Source: Bacteroidaceae bacterium
GTDB lineage: Bacteria > Bacteroidota > Bacteroidia > Bacteroidales > UBA932
DNA: 35,097 nucleotides
Direction: 5' to 3'
Assembly (NCBI GenBank): GCA_963660255.1
Contig: CAVKYA010000001.1
Coordinates: 1 to 35,097 of the forward strand
Made by a program: the position numbers and the translations under genes. Position 1 is the first letter of the stretch; every line of letters starts with the position of its first letter. Below are positions 16,045 through 24,820 of the stretch, piece after piece. The notes beneath the pieces are model-generated. The model ran no database searches. It was not told where the DNA came from and worked only from the letters and a program-made list of their open reading frames with translations.

Positions 16045-17442
16045 CTAATAAACGTAGCCTGGGTTCTGCTCCAGTTCCGGGTTCAAATCCACGTCCGACT
16101 TCGAGATCGGAGATGTGTAGAGATACTCTTTCGTGGTGTATTTCAGTCCGTTGCTGATCACCCACCACTCGGGACGGCCGTTGCGTTTGAGCTCATACCA
16201 GCGGTCTCCTTCCATATAGAGTTCCTTGCGCCTTTCATCGAAAATGACCTGAAGCATAGGGGTGATGGCCTTGCCGGTGCAGTCCACCACGATTCTGTCA
16301 CCCGGGCGCACTTCCGGAAGCGTGGCCAAAGTCAGGTCAGTGACCTCCTCGATCCTGTTCCGGCGCAGCTCGTTCAACCATTTGAGAGCGGAGGCGTTGT
16401 CTCCTTTGTGGTAATAAGCTTCTGAGAGCATCAGCACGATCTCGGAAAGGCGGACCTTGCATTCAGGAGTCTTGACGTTCATCCTCTTTTTGTCAAAACT
16501 GGCGGCGTAGCGGATGTCCTTCTCCGGATTCTCGCCGAACAGTTTGATTAGCTTGGCGCTTGCCGGTCTGGATGCCAGATAGCCTTTAGTGTAGCTGAAG
16601 TACCAGTCCAACTCGCTGGAGTTATTGATGTGTGAGCGGACAAGCACCTCTCCCTTGGTGTCATACTGGGCGTTGATCATCCCGGCATATTCAGAAATAG
16701 GAGTCAGCGAGATTCCACTGTGGGCGATGATGTCCTCGCAGAGGGAGACCACGCTGTCCCATTTCTGGCACCAGAACTCCAGTTTCGCCTCGTAGGCCTT
16801 GATGATCCATTCCGTGAATATGTACTTAGGGTCTGTCGGATTCAGAGCCACGGCATTCTCGAACTGTGCCTTGGCATAGTCGTAGGTCTGGCGGATCGTG
16901 CCGCGCGTCGGCTTGTCATTGATGTTGAACTTGTCAACTATAGGAATGCCAGGCAATTCATCGGCTTTGGAATCGCTCCACGGTTGGCAGAACTCCCTCA
17001 GCAGGTTGTAATAGACGATCCCTTTCATTGAATATGCCGCCGAAAGCGCTCCGCGCGCGATGTCAGAGGTCCGGTCTTTCATATTCTCAATCACGATGTT
17101 GCAGTCCCTTACGACCTTCCAGCTTTCCTCGTAGGCTCTCTGGCGGCTGTCGATCTCCTCCCCGGCGAAGAATGTCAGGTTAGCACTCGTGCGGATGTTC
17201 GCGTCAAGGTTGTCGGCGCATCCCTCAAGATGCTTGATCGCGTCCATATTCCCGATGACATATTCATCGCCGCCGCCCTCGATGTCGCGCAGCAGGTTGT
17301 GGATGATCGCGGTGAACTCCTCATCGGTCTCCGGGATGACCTCGCCCTGCGGCTGGACGTTCAGATAATTCCCGCAGCCGCTGACAACGGCCAAGACGGC
17401 GAGCGAGGTTAATATATTCATTAATATTTTTCTCATATTCAT
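16045..17442 (-). CDS. RagB/SusD family outer-membrane lipoprotein
   Basis: Lipobox VSGC-GNYLNVQP, RLSEIVLMLSEA, LNELRRNR, ERRKELYMEGDRWYELKR and QNPGY motifs. Confidence 0.93.
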   Translation of the reverse strand: MNMRKILMNILTSLAVLAVVSGCGNYLNVQPQGEVIPETDEEFTAIIHNLLRDIEGGGDEYVIGNMDAIKHLEGCADNLDANIRTSANLTFFAGEEIDSRQRAYEESWKVVRDCNIVIENMKDRTSDIARGALSAAYSMKGIVYYNLLREFCQPWSDSKADELPGIPIVDKFNINDKPTRGTIRQTYDYAKAQFENAVALNPTDPKYIFTEWIIKAYEAKLEFWCQKWDSVVSLCEDIIAHSGISLTPISEYAGMINAQYDTKGEVLVRSHINNSSELDWYFSYTKGYLASRPASAKLIKLFGENPEKDIRYAASFDKKRMNVKTPECKVRLSEIVLMLSEAYYHKGDNASALKWLNELRRNRIEEVTDLTLATLPEVRPGDRIVVDCTGKAITPMLQVIFDERRKELYMEGDRWYELKRNGRPEWWVISNGLKYTTKEYLYTSPISKSDVDLNPELEQNPGYVY

Positions 17443-17446
17443 TGCT

Positions 17447-20400
17447 TTAGAATTCGATGTTGATTCCTCCTGAGACGCTTCTGGTGGTAGGATAGGTCGC
17501 TCCCGGGATCTCCGGGTCCATTCCGTCGTAGCCGGTGAACGTGAAGAAGTTGTTCATCGAGACGTTGAAGCTCAAGCCTCTCATCCTCAGTTTCTTCACC
17601 GCTTCGGAAGGGAGCGAGTATGTCAGGATGATGGATTTGATGCGAACGTAGGAGTTGTTCTTCAGATAGACCGCGTCGATGATGCTGGAGTCCATCGGGT
17701 TGTAGGACGAGAAGTTGTACTTAGCGTCGTAGTAGTCGTAGATGCGAGGATATTTAACCCCGGTCGTGTGGTCGGGGGTCCATCTGTTCGTCCTGTCCTT
17801 CTCCACGTTGAGGTGGTTGCCGTACAGGTCGCTGAACTGGGACTGGACGGTCTCCGTGCTGACTCCGCTGTGGGAGGTGTTGCTGTAGCTGGCCGGGTAA
17901 CGCATCTTCTCGTAGGTCTTCGAGCCGAGGGAGAACATTCCGCTGACGCTCAGTTTCAATTGCTTCCACGATGCGGAGAGGTTGAATCCGCCGGTGTAAG
18001 GGGCGATCGTCGTGCCGAGATAGTAGCGGTAGTTGTCCGGCTTGTTGAGGTCGGTGGCGGTCGCTATCTGGGCGTCCGGACGCAGCTTGAACTGGTAGAG
18101 ACCAGTGTCTGACGCTATCCCTGAATATTTTCCGCTGAATATCGCCCCGGTAGGGTAGCCCTCCACATAGCGGTCCTTGGACGTGATGCCGCTTGTGGAG
18201 ACCGGGTTGTATTTCAGAACCTTGTTGTAGTTGTAGGCGAAGTTGACGGCCGCGCTGACGGTCCAATCCTTTTTCTGGAGGAGTTTGCCGTTCACTGTGA
18301 CCTCCACACCGTTGTTCATTATGTCAGCTGCATTGAAATAAACGTAGGTGAATCCGGTCGTGCTCTGGACAGGGGAGGATGTGACCACGTCCGTGCTGAG
18401 GCGGTAGTAATATTCAGTGTTCACGGTCAGCCTGTCCTTCCAGAGACCGAAGTCAAGGCCAACTTTCGCGTCACGAGTCTTTTCCCAGCCGAGATCCGGG
18501 TTAGGCGCTGACGGGATGGTTCCGAGGTTGAATGTCTCGTCCCCGAAGTAACGGTACTGCTGCTGAAGATATTGCATCACAAGGAGATGCGAGGTGCTGG
18601 TGTTCACGTCGCCCGTGAATCCGTAGGCGGCCCGCAATGTGGCGTGTGAGACCGCCGGAATATTCTTCATCCAGCTTTCTTCACCCATATGCCACGCCGC
18701 TCCCGCGCTCCAGGTCGGGTTGAACTGCCGGTTGCTACCGAAGTTAGAGCTTCCATCGGTACGGAACGAGGCGTTGAGGACGATAGTCTTGCCGAGATAG
18801 TAGTCGGCGGATGCGTAGAAAGAGGCGTAGCGGGTCTTGCTGAAATATTCCCCGTTCAGTTTCTCCACCTCCCTCAACCATTCGTCCTGAGGGCCGCTGA
18901 TGCTCGGCAGCGAGGTGGTCCCGGTCTTCGGATCGTAGTTGTAGCGCTTTGTGAATATCGTGTTGGCATCCGAGCCTCTCAACTCCGCTCCGGCCAGCAC
19001 ATTGACTGTGTGGAGTTCCCCAAAGGTCTTGTTGAAAGCGAAGTGGCCGCGGACGACATAGCTGTTCCGGTTCGTCCTGTTTTGGGAGATGCTTCCGTAG
19101 AGATTTGTCTGCGAGCGGTCGTCGCTTCCCAGCCTGTCACGGAAGGCCGTGTAGGTGTCCTTGTCCACAATCTTGTCGGTGGAATTGTTGGCGAATGAAT
19201 ATGATGCCAGCCCGACGAAGTGCAGCGGTTCGGCGATCTTGAAGTCAACCTGTGTCCTGAACGTTCCGTTGGTGTTCTTGGTGGAGCTGTAGTTGGAGTC
19301 CAGCTCGCGCAGGAGGCTGAATCCGTTCTTTGGCATCACCTGCTCGACACCACGGCCATTGTAGTAACCGAGGGTGAACCAGGTGTTGTCGGCGGCGTAT
19401 GAGCCGTCATCGTTGTATGCCTTCTCGTACGGATTGGAGAAGTAGGCGTAGTAGAACGGATCAACACTTGAATATGGCATCCTGGATTCCTGCCTTGCGG
19501 CCTCCATTCCGATGTCTATGCGGACCCAGTCCACAGGCTTGAGTGTCATCTTCGAGTTGATGTTGTACCTTCTGTAACTGTTGTGGATCAGCATTCCGTC
19601 CTCGTCGTTGACTCCGAGCGCGACATAATAGGTGTTCTTGTCCGAGCCACCGCTGAGTGAAAGGTGATGCCCCTGCGAGAATGCGTTCCGGAACAGGAGA
19701 TTGTACCAGTTGGTGTCGTTCCCTCTTAATGACGCTATGTACGCGTCCTGTGCCGCTGTGTCGCCTTTGAACTTCGCGAAGTCACCGGCTCCGGATCTTA
19801 TCTGGCCGACAATCCCGACCACCGGATAGACTATCGTATTGTCTGTCAACGATTCCCCGTACTTGCTTGCCGAGAACTCGTTCCAAAGCTCGTCTTCCCA
19901 CGCCAGTTTCTCCGCCGAGTTCATCAGGTTCAATGTCCTCTGCGGCTTGATCGACATCGTGAACGTGTTGTTGTAGTTTATCCTCATCCTTCCGGCCTCG
20001 CCTTTCTTGGTGGTCACGACGATGACACCGTTGGCCGCCCTGGATCCGTAGATGGCCGCCGCGGCTGCGTCCTTCAGGATGGTGATGCTCTCGATGTCGT
20101 TAGGGTTGATGTTGCCGATGCCGTTCACGAATATGTCGTCGAAGCCTCCGGTGGCGAGCTGCTCGGAACTGAGGCTCGGGGAGTCGCTCTGCATCGGCAC
20201 TCCGTCCACCACCCAGAGCGGCTGGCTGGTCCCCGAGAGGTTGTTCGCACCTCTGATCCGGATTCTTGACTGGGTTCCCGGCTGTCCGGATGTCGCGGAG
20301 ACCGCCACGCCGGCGACCTCGCCCTGCATCAACGCATCGACCGACGAGACGGCCTTTGCCTCGAACTTGTCTGAACCTATGACCGCCACGGAGCCGGTTA

Positions 20401-20779
20401 TCCTTTTGACCGTTGTTTGTGCGTATCCGGTTACGACAACCTGATCCAGCTGTGTGCTTTCCCATTCCATCACGATTGTGATGTTCTCTGTCTTGCCCGG
20501 AATTATCTTATAGACAACGTCTTTCATTCCGACCGAGGAGAACAGCACGGATTCCGTGCCGGTCGGTACCTTGAAACTGAACTTTCCGTCCAGATCCGTG
20601 GTCGTGCCCGTGGCCTTCTTCTGCATCGAGATTATCCCCGCCCCGATCACCGGCGCACCGTCCGTGTCCACAACCTTTCCGGAAAGTGTGATCCCCTGCG
20701 CCGCAGCCGTCACTTGTGTCAGCAAAATGACCACGATCCAAATCACGCATCTTCCAAGTTTGGATAGAAACTCAATCAT
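17447..20779 (-). CDS. SusC/RagA family TonB-dependent outer-membrane receptor
   Basis: VVVTGY, IRIRG, PLWVVDG, INPNDIESITILKDAAAAAIYGSRAANGVIVVTTKKG, DGSSNFG and NPDLGWE motifs; terminal Phe. Confidence 0.96.
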   Translation of the reverse strand: MIEFLSKLGRCVIWIVVILLTQVTAAAQGITLSGKVVDTDGAPVIGAGIISMQKKATGTTTDLDGKFSFKVPTGTESVLFSSVGMKDVVYKIIPGKTENITIVMEWESTQLDQVVVTGYAQTTVKRITGSVAVIGSDKFEAKAVSSVDALMQGEVAGVAVSATSGQPGTQSRIRIRGANNLSGTSQPLWVVDGVPMQSDSPSLSSEQLATGGFDDIFVNGIGNINPNDIESITILKDAAAAAIYGSRAANGVIVVTTKKGEAGRMRINYNNTFTMSIKPQRTLNLMNSAEKLAWEDELWNEFSASKYGESLTDNTIVYPVVGIVGQIRSGAGDFAKFKGDTAAQDAYIASLRGNDTNWYNLLFRNAFSQGHHLSLSGGSDKNTYYVALGVNDEDGMLIHNSYRRYNINSKMTLKPVDWVRIDIGMEAARQESRMPYSSVDPFYYAYFSNPYEKAYNDDGSYAADNTWFTLGYYNGRGVEQVMPKNGFSLLRELDSNYSSTKNTNGTFRTQVDFKIAEPLHFVGLASYSFANNSTDKIVDKDTYTAFRDRLGSDDRSQTNLYGSISQNRTNRNSYVVRGHFAFNKTFGELHTVNVLAGAELRGSDANTIFTKRYNYDPKTGTTSLPSISGPQDEWLREVEKLNGEYFSKTRYASFYASADYYLGKTIVLNASFRTDGSSNFGSNRQFNPTWSAGAAWHMGEESWMKNIPAVSHATLRAAYGFTGDVNTSTSHLLVMQYLQQQYRYFGDETFNLGTIPSAPNPDLGWEKTRDAKVGLDFGLWKDRLTVNTEYYYRLSTDVVTSSPVQSTTGFTYVYFNAADIMNNGVEVTVNGKLLQKKDWTVSAAVNFAYNYNKVLKYNPVSTSGITSKDRYVEGYPTGAIFSGKYSGIASDTGLYQFKLRPDAQIATATDLNKPDNYRYYLGTTIAPYTGGFNLSASWKQLKLSVSGMFSLGSKTYEKMRYPASYSNTSHSGVSTETVQSQFSDLYGNHLNVEKDRTNRWTPDHTTGVKYPRIYDYYDAKYNFSSYNPMDSSIIDAVYLKNNSYVRIKSIILTYSLPSEAVKKLRMRGLSFNVSMNNFFTFTGYDGMDPEIPGATYPTTRSVSGGINIEF

Positions 20780-20845
20780 ATCTTGTACTTTTTATTTAGA
20801 CAAAGTTATGCATTCGTCTTTATGTCACTTTGACAGTAAGTGACG

Positions 20846-20885
20846 TAAAGATACAAATGTACAAAATTGCTGATAAATCTGTACA
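20846..20885 (-). promoter_or_regulatory. Promoter region of the second SusCD module with a 22-bp-spaced direct repeat
   Basis: Minus-strand TACATTTG (20861-20854), alternative TATCTTTA (20853-20846); TGTACA at 20858 and 20880. Confidence 0.45.
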
Positions 20886-20964
20886 GGTGAATCGGTTTAT
20901 GAAAACGTGTTTTTCATCAGAGCCACGCTTATGTCCGCGATAAGGTGGAACAGGACATTCGCCA

Positions 20965-23900
20965 TCACTGCTTCTTGATGTAGTCCTTAGGCCTGATGCC
21001 GAACTGGGAGGTGAAGCATCTTGTAAAATAGGACAGGTTGCTGAATCCTACCATATAGCAGACCTCGTTGATCCTGTAGGATCCGCTTTGCAGCATCTGG
21101 GCGGCGGTCTTCAGACGGATCAGTTTGATGTAGTCGTTCGGTGTGGCGCCGAGCAGACCTTTGAGTTTCCTTTGGAGGCTTGAGCGGCTGACGGCCATCT
21201 CCTTGGCCAGCTGGTCCACCGAGAAGTCCTCGTTGGTCAGGTTCTCCTTGATTATGGCGTTGAGGTTGGAGATCCACTCGGAATCATCGTTCTTGATGTT
21301 CTCCCCCTCGATCGTGGCACCAGGGTCGGAAGCGAAATGCAGGTAAAGCGCCTTTCGGTTCTCGATCAAACCGTTCACGGTAGCCTTTATGTAGCTGATG
21401 GAGAACGGTTTCTCGATGAACGCGTCAGCTCCGCAGCGCATAGCCTTTATCTTCGAGTCCGTGGAATCCAGTGCGGACAGCATAATTACAGGAATATGAC
21501 AGAGCATCGCATCCTCCCTTATCTTTTGCAGAAGCCCGTAGCCATCCATCTCCGGCATCATTATGTCAGTGATGACCACATCGCAGTTGTATTGCGCCAA
21601 TGTCTCCAGAGCCTCGGCACCGTTTCCGGCCGACAGGACAGAGAACGATTGCCTTAGGTTGCGCACAAGATATTCCCTGACATCACCGGAGTCTTCAACG
21701 ACAAGGATGGTCGTAGAGTTACCACCCTCTGTCTCTTCCTGGCGGGAGGCCTCGTCATCGGCCGGAATCACCGGAATCTCAACGACCATTCCGCAGCCGG
21801 TCTCGGAATCCGAGACGTACACCCTTCCATCAAGCTTGTCCACAAGCAGCTTGACAAGACTGAGACCTATCCCGAATCCTTTCTTGCCGCCGGAGGCCTG
21901 GAAGAATGGCTCGAATATTTTCTTCTTGTACTCCGGTTGGATTCCCGGTCCATCATTCCAGACTTCCATTCTGAACATATCCTTCCCGTCATTCCTGAAT
22001 TCGTCAAGATTCACGCAAATGGATGATGACGCGAATTTCAATGAATTCTCAAGAAGGTTGCCGATGATCTTGCTGAGCGCGTCCGTGCTCAGTCTGCCGA
22101 CAAGTGGGCGTTCAGGAGCGTTGACCGTGATATGTACAGCTCCTTTTTTGCTGAATCTGTCCACAATGTCCGTGACAACCGCCTTAAGGTCAAGGTTCTC
22201 GGAACTGAGCACTATGTCTCCGCTGTCTATCTTCCTGAAGTCCAGTAGCTGGCAAACCAGTTCCAGAAGACGGTCTATGTTCTTTTTCATTATCTCCAGA
22301 TCCGTCTCGGTGTCCTCATCCCATTTTTTCCGTTCGAGGATGTCTTCCATCGGGGATTTGACAAGTGACAGAGGGGTCTTGATTTCGTGGGCGACTTGCG
22401 TGAAGAAGACCATTTTCTCATCATTCATCTCTTTCTGGCGCTTCTCAAGCTGCCGCTTGTGCAACAGCATCCCTGTTCCGTAGATGATTGACAGAAGGAT
22501 CAGAATGTACAGAATCTTTGCCCAGACCGTCAAATAAACCGGAGGGTCGATGTAGATTGTCAGAGATGCTGTGCCGTCGCTCCAGTAACCGTTGTTGTTC
22601 CGTCCGCGGGCTATGAATGTGTATTTGCCTGGCGACAGCCTTGCGAAGGAAACTTTCGAGGAGTTTGTGGTTATCCAGCTGTTGTTCAAGCCTTTCATCT
22701 GCCAGGAGAAACTGTTGTGGTCCGGAGACGAGAAACTCAGACAGTCCACGTTGATGTCAAAACTGGCCGCGTTGTACGGAAGCCTTATCCGTCCGGCTGG
22801 CTGATGGAACTTCCTCTTGGTCATAGTCTTGCTGCCTGGTATTATGTCATAGACCTCGACGGATGATATAACCGTGCCCGGTCTGACAGTGTTCTTTGGG
22901 AGGTCGAACGGGTTGAAACCGTTGAAGCCGTTCACTCCTCCGAAATACATAGCCCCGTCTCTTGTCCTTAGCGAGGACCTATAATTGAACTGGCTGCTCT
23001 GCAGTCCGTCCTCGGCCGTGTAGGTGCTGATATAATGGGTCGTCGGGTTATAGCGGACAATCCCGATGTTGGATGACAGCCACAGGTTGCCGCTGCCGTC
23101 TTCCAGCACCCCGTAGTAGATGCTTTCTGGCAATCCCTCCGAGGATCCGTAGTTCGTGAACTTGTCGGTCACCGGATCGTACTTGGTGATTCCATTCCTT
23201 TCTCCGCAGAACCATACGGCTCCGCTTTCCCCGATGTTGACCTTCGTGTATTTCAGATCCGTCGGCAAGTCTGTCCGGCCTTCCTCCGGCCTGAAGCAGA
23301 TCCATTTCCCGTCCCGCGCAGTGAGCCGGAATATTCCGTGGTCTCTTGTCGGTGCCCAGATGTTTCCGCCGCTGTCCTCGGCAAGGTCCCCGATGAACAT
23401 TTCCTCCAGTTCATTGACTCTGGAGAATCGTCCTGTCTTTTCGTCCAGAACGCAGAGGCCAGACATAGTGCCGATGAAAAGCCGCCCGTCCCTTGATTTC
23501 AGTATGGAATAGACATAGTCATTGCACAGTGAGGTTGGGTCTGAAGGTATGTTGCTGAAATTGCGGATGCTTCCAGTCTTGAGGTCCAGGCAGTCAAGCC
23601 CTTTGGAGAATGTCCCGATCCAGAGTCTGTCTCCGTCCAGCAGCAAGGCGTGGATGTTGTCGTGTGTCTTGACACCTTTGTCAATCAGGGTGGAAGACTG
23701 GGTGTCGAAGTAATGCAGTCCTCCGTTCTCGGTGGCTATCCAAAGATTTCCGGACTTGTCCTCGCACATCTCGCTCACGGCATAGCCGGGAAGGAACCAG
23801 CAGATCTTGCTCTGGATCGCCGACTGGTAGCTTGCGCCATAGAAATATGTCCCGATCCATAGGCCTTTCTCCCTGTCCTCGCAGAATGTATAGACACTCT

Positions 23901-24819
23901 CGTTTCCAAGCGGGCCTTTCGCCCTTATCCAGGTCTGAGTGGCCGGATAGAAAGAGAACAGCCCGCTGTCGGTTCCGAACAGGATCTCGGTAGAGGATTT
24001 CTTGAATATGGAATGGATCCTTGACAGGGACATCTCCTTTCCATCCTTGTCACGGACAACGGTTTCCGTGAATGTGTTGTTCCTTGTGTCGAACACGCCC
24101 ACCAGTCCGTTTTGGGTCCCGGCAAGAATCTGGCGGTGGGAGATCAGGAGCATCGCCGTGATGCAGTTGTCTCCGTTGAGGCATATTCCCTGCCGGAGTC
24201 TGCAAGGCTCGTCGAATGCGTCCAACTCCGGGATGTAGCGGACAAGTCCGTTCTCCATTCCGGCGTAGATGTTCCCGGTCTCGTCCACCAAAAGGCTTTT
24301 CACGATTCTTATAGGAGATCTTACCGCATCCGAGCAGAAACTGTAGTGCCTGATCTCTCCCGATCTTTCGTTGAATCTGTAAAGGCCGTTGTTGCTGCCT
24401 ATCCACAGGCAGCTGTCCCTGTCGTAGCACAGGCAGTTGCAATTCTGAATATGCAGACCTCCAGGCTCTACCACAAATGCGCTGTCCCGCGCCGCGTCAA
24501 ACGCGTAGAGTCCCTCGGTGCTCGCTATCCAGATCTCGTTTCTGGAAATATGCCCGCAGATGTCATCGATGTTGAGGCCGTGCCCGGACGCCGATGAGCA
24601 GAAAGCCTCGAAATTCTTGCTGTTGAATCTGTTGAGCCCGTCCTTTGTCGCAAGCCAGACGTAGCCGTCCCTGTCCTGCAGAATGCTTTTCACACTGTTG
24701 TTCGACAGCCCGCTGCGGACATCATATTTCCTATACTCGTTGCCTGACTCGGCTCCGTATGCGGAGAGACAGACAAGAGTCAGGATCAAAGGCAAGAGTA
24801 TGGAAATATGCTTCTTCAT
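20965..24819 (-). CDS. Hybrid two-component system sensor/regulator (beta-propeller, Y_Y_Y, HisKA, HATPase, receiver, AraC HTH)
   Basis: GLSNNSV...WLATKDGLNRF repeats, LSPGKYTF, TM helix, FFTQVAHEIKTPL, NLLENSLKF, GFGIGLSLV, ITDIMMPEMDG and EVCYMVGFSNLSYFTRCF. Confidence 0.96.
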   Translation of the reverse strand: MKKHISILLPLILTLVCLSAYGAESGNEYRKYDVRSGLSNNSVKSILQDRDGYVWLATKDGLNRFNSKNFEAFCSSASGHGLNIDDICGHISRNEIWIASTEGLYAFDAARDSAFVVEPGGLHIQNCNCLCYDRDSCLWIGSNNGLYRFNERSGEIRHYSFCSDAVRSPIRIVKSLLVDETGNIYAGMENGLVRYIPELDAFDEPCRLRQGICLNGDNCITAMLLISHRQILAGTQNGLVGVFDTRNNTFTETVVRDKDGKEMSLSRIHSIFKKSSTEILFGTDSGLFSFYPATQTWIRAKGPLGNESVYTFCEDREKGLWIGTYFYGASYQSAIQSKICWFLPGYAVSEMCEDKSGNLWIATENGGLHYFDTQSSTLIDKGVKTHDNIHALLLDGDRLWIGTFSKGLDCLDLKTGSIRNFSNIPSDPTSLCNDYVYSILKSRDGRLFIGTMSGLCVLDEKTGRFSRVNELEEMFIGDLAEDSGGNIWAPTRDHGIFRLTARDGKWICFRPEEGRTDLPTDLKYTKVNIGESGAVWFCGERNGITKYDPVTDKFTNYGSSEGLPESIYYGVLEDGSGNLWLSSNIGIVRYNPTTHYISTYTAEDGLQSSQFNYRSSLRTRDGAMYFGGVNGFNGFNPFDLPKNTVRPGTVISSVEVYDIIPGSKTMTKRKFHQPAGRIRLPYNAASFDINVDCLSFSSPDHNSFSWQMKGLNNSWITTNSSKVSFARLSPGKYTFIARGRNNNGYWSDGTASLTIYIDPPVYLTVWAKILYILILLSIIYGTGMLLHKRQLEKRQKEMNDEKMVFFTQVAHEIKTPLSLVKSPMEDILERKKWDEDTETDLEIMKKNIDRLLELVCQLLDFRKIDSGDIVLSSENLDLKAVVTDIVDRFSKKGAVHITVNAPERPLVGRLSTDALSKIIGNLLENSLKFASSSICVNLDEFRNDGKDMFRMEVWNDGPGIQPEYKKKIFEPFFQASGGKKGFGIGLSLVKLLVDKLDGRVYVSDSETGCGMVVEIPVIPADDEASRQEETEGGNSTTILVVEDSGDVREYLVRNLRQSFSVLSAGNGAEALETLAQYNCDVVITDIMMPEMDGYGLLQKIREDAMLCHIPVIMLSALDSTDSKIKAMRCGADAFIEKPFSISYIKATVNGLIENRKALYLHFASDPGATIEGENIKNDDSEWISNLNAIIKENLTNEDFSVDQLAKEMAVSRSSLQRKLKGLLGATPNDYIKLIRLKTAAQMLQSGSYRINEVCYMVGFSNLSYFTRCFTSQFGIRPKDYIKKQ

Positions 24820-24820
24820 T

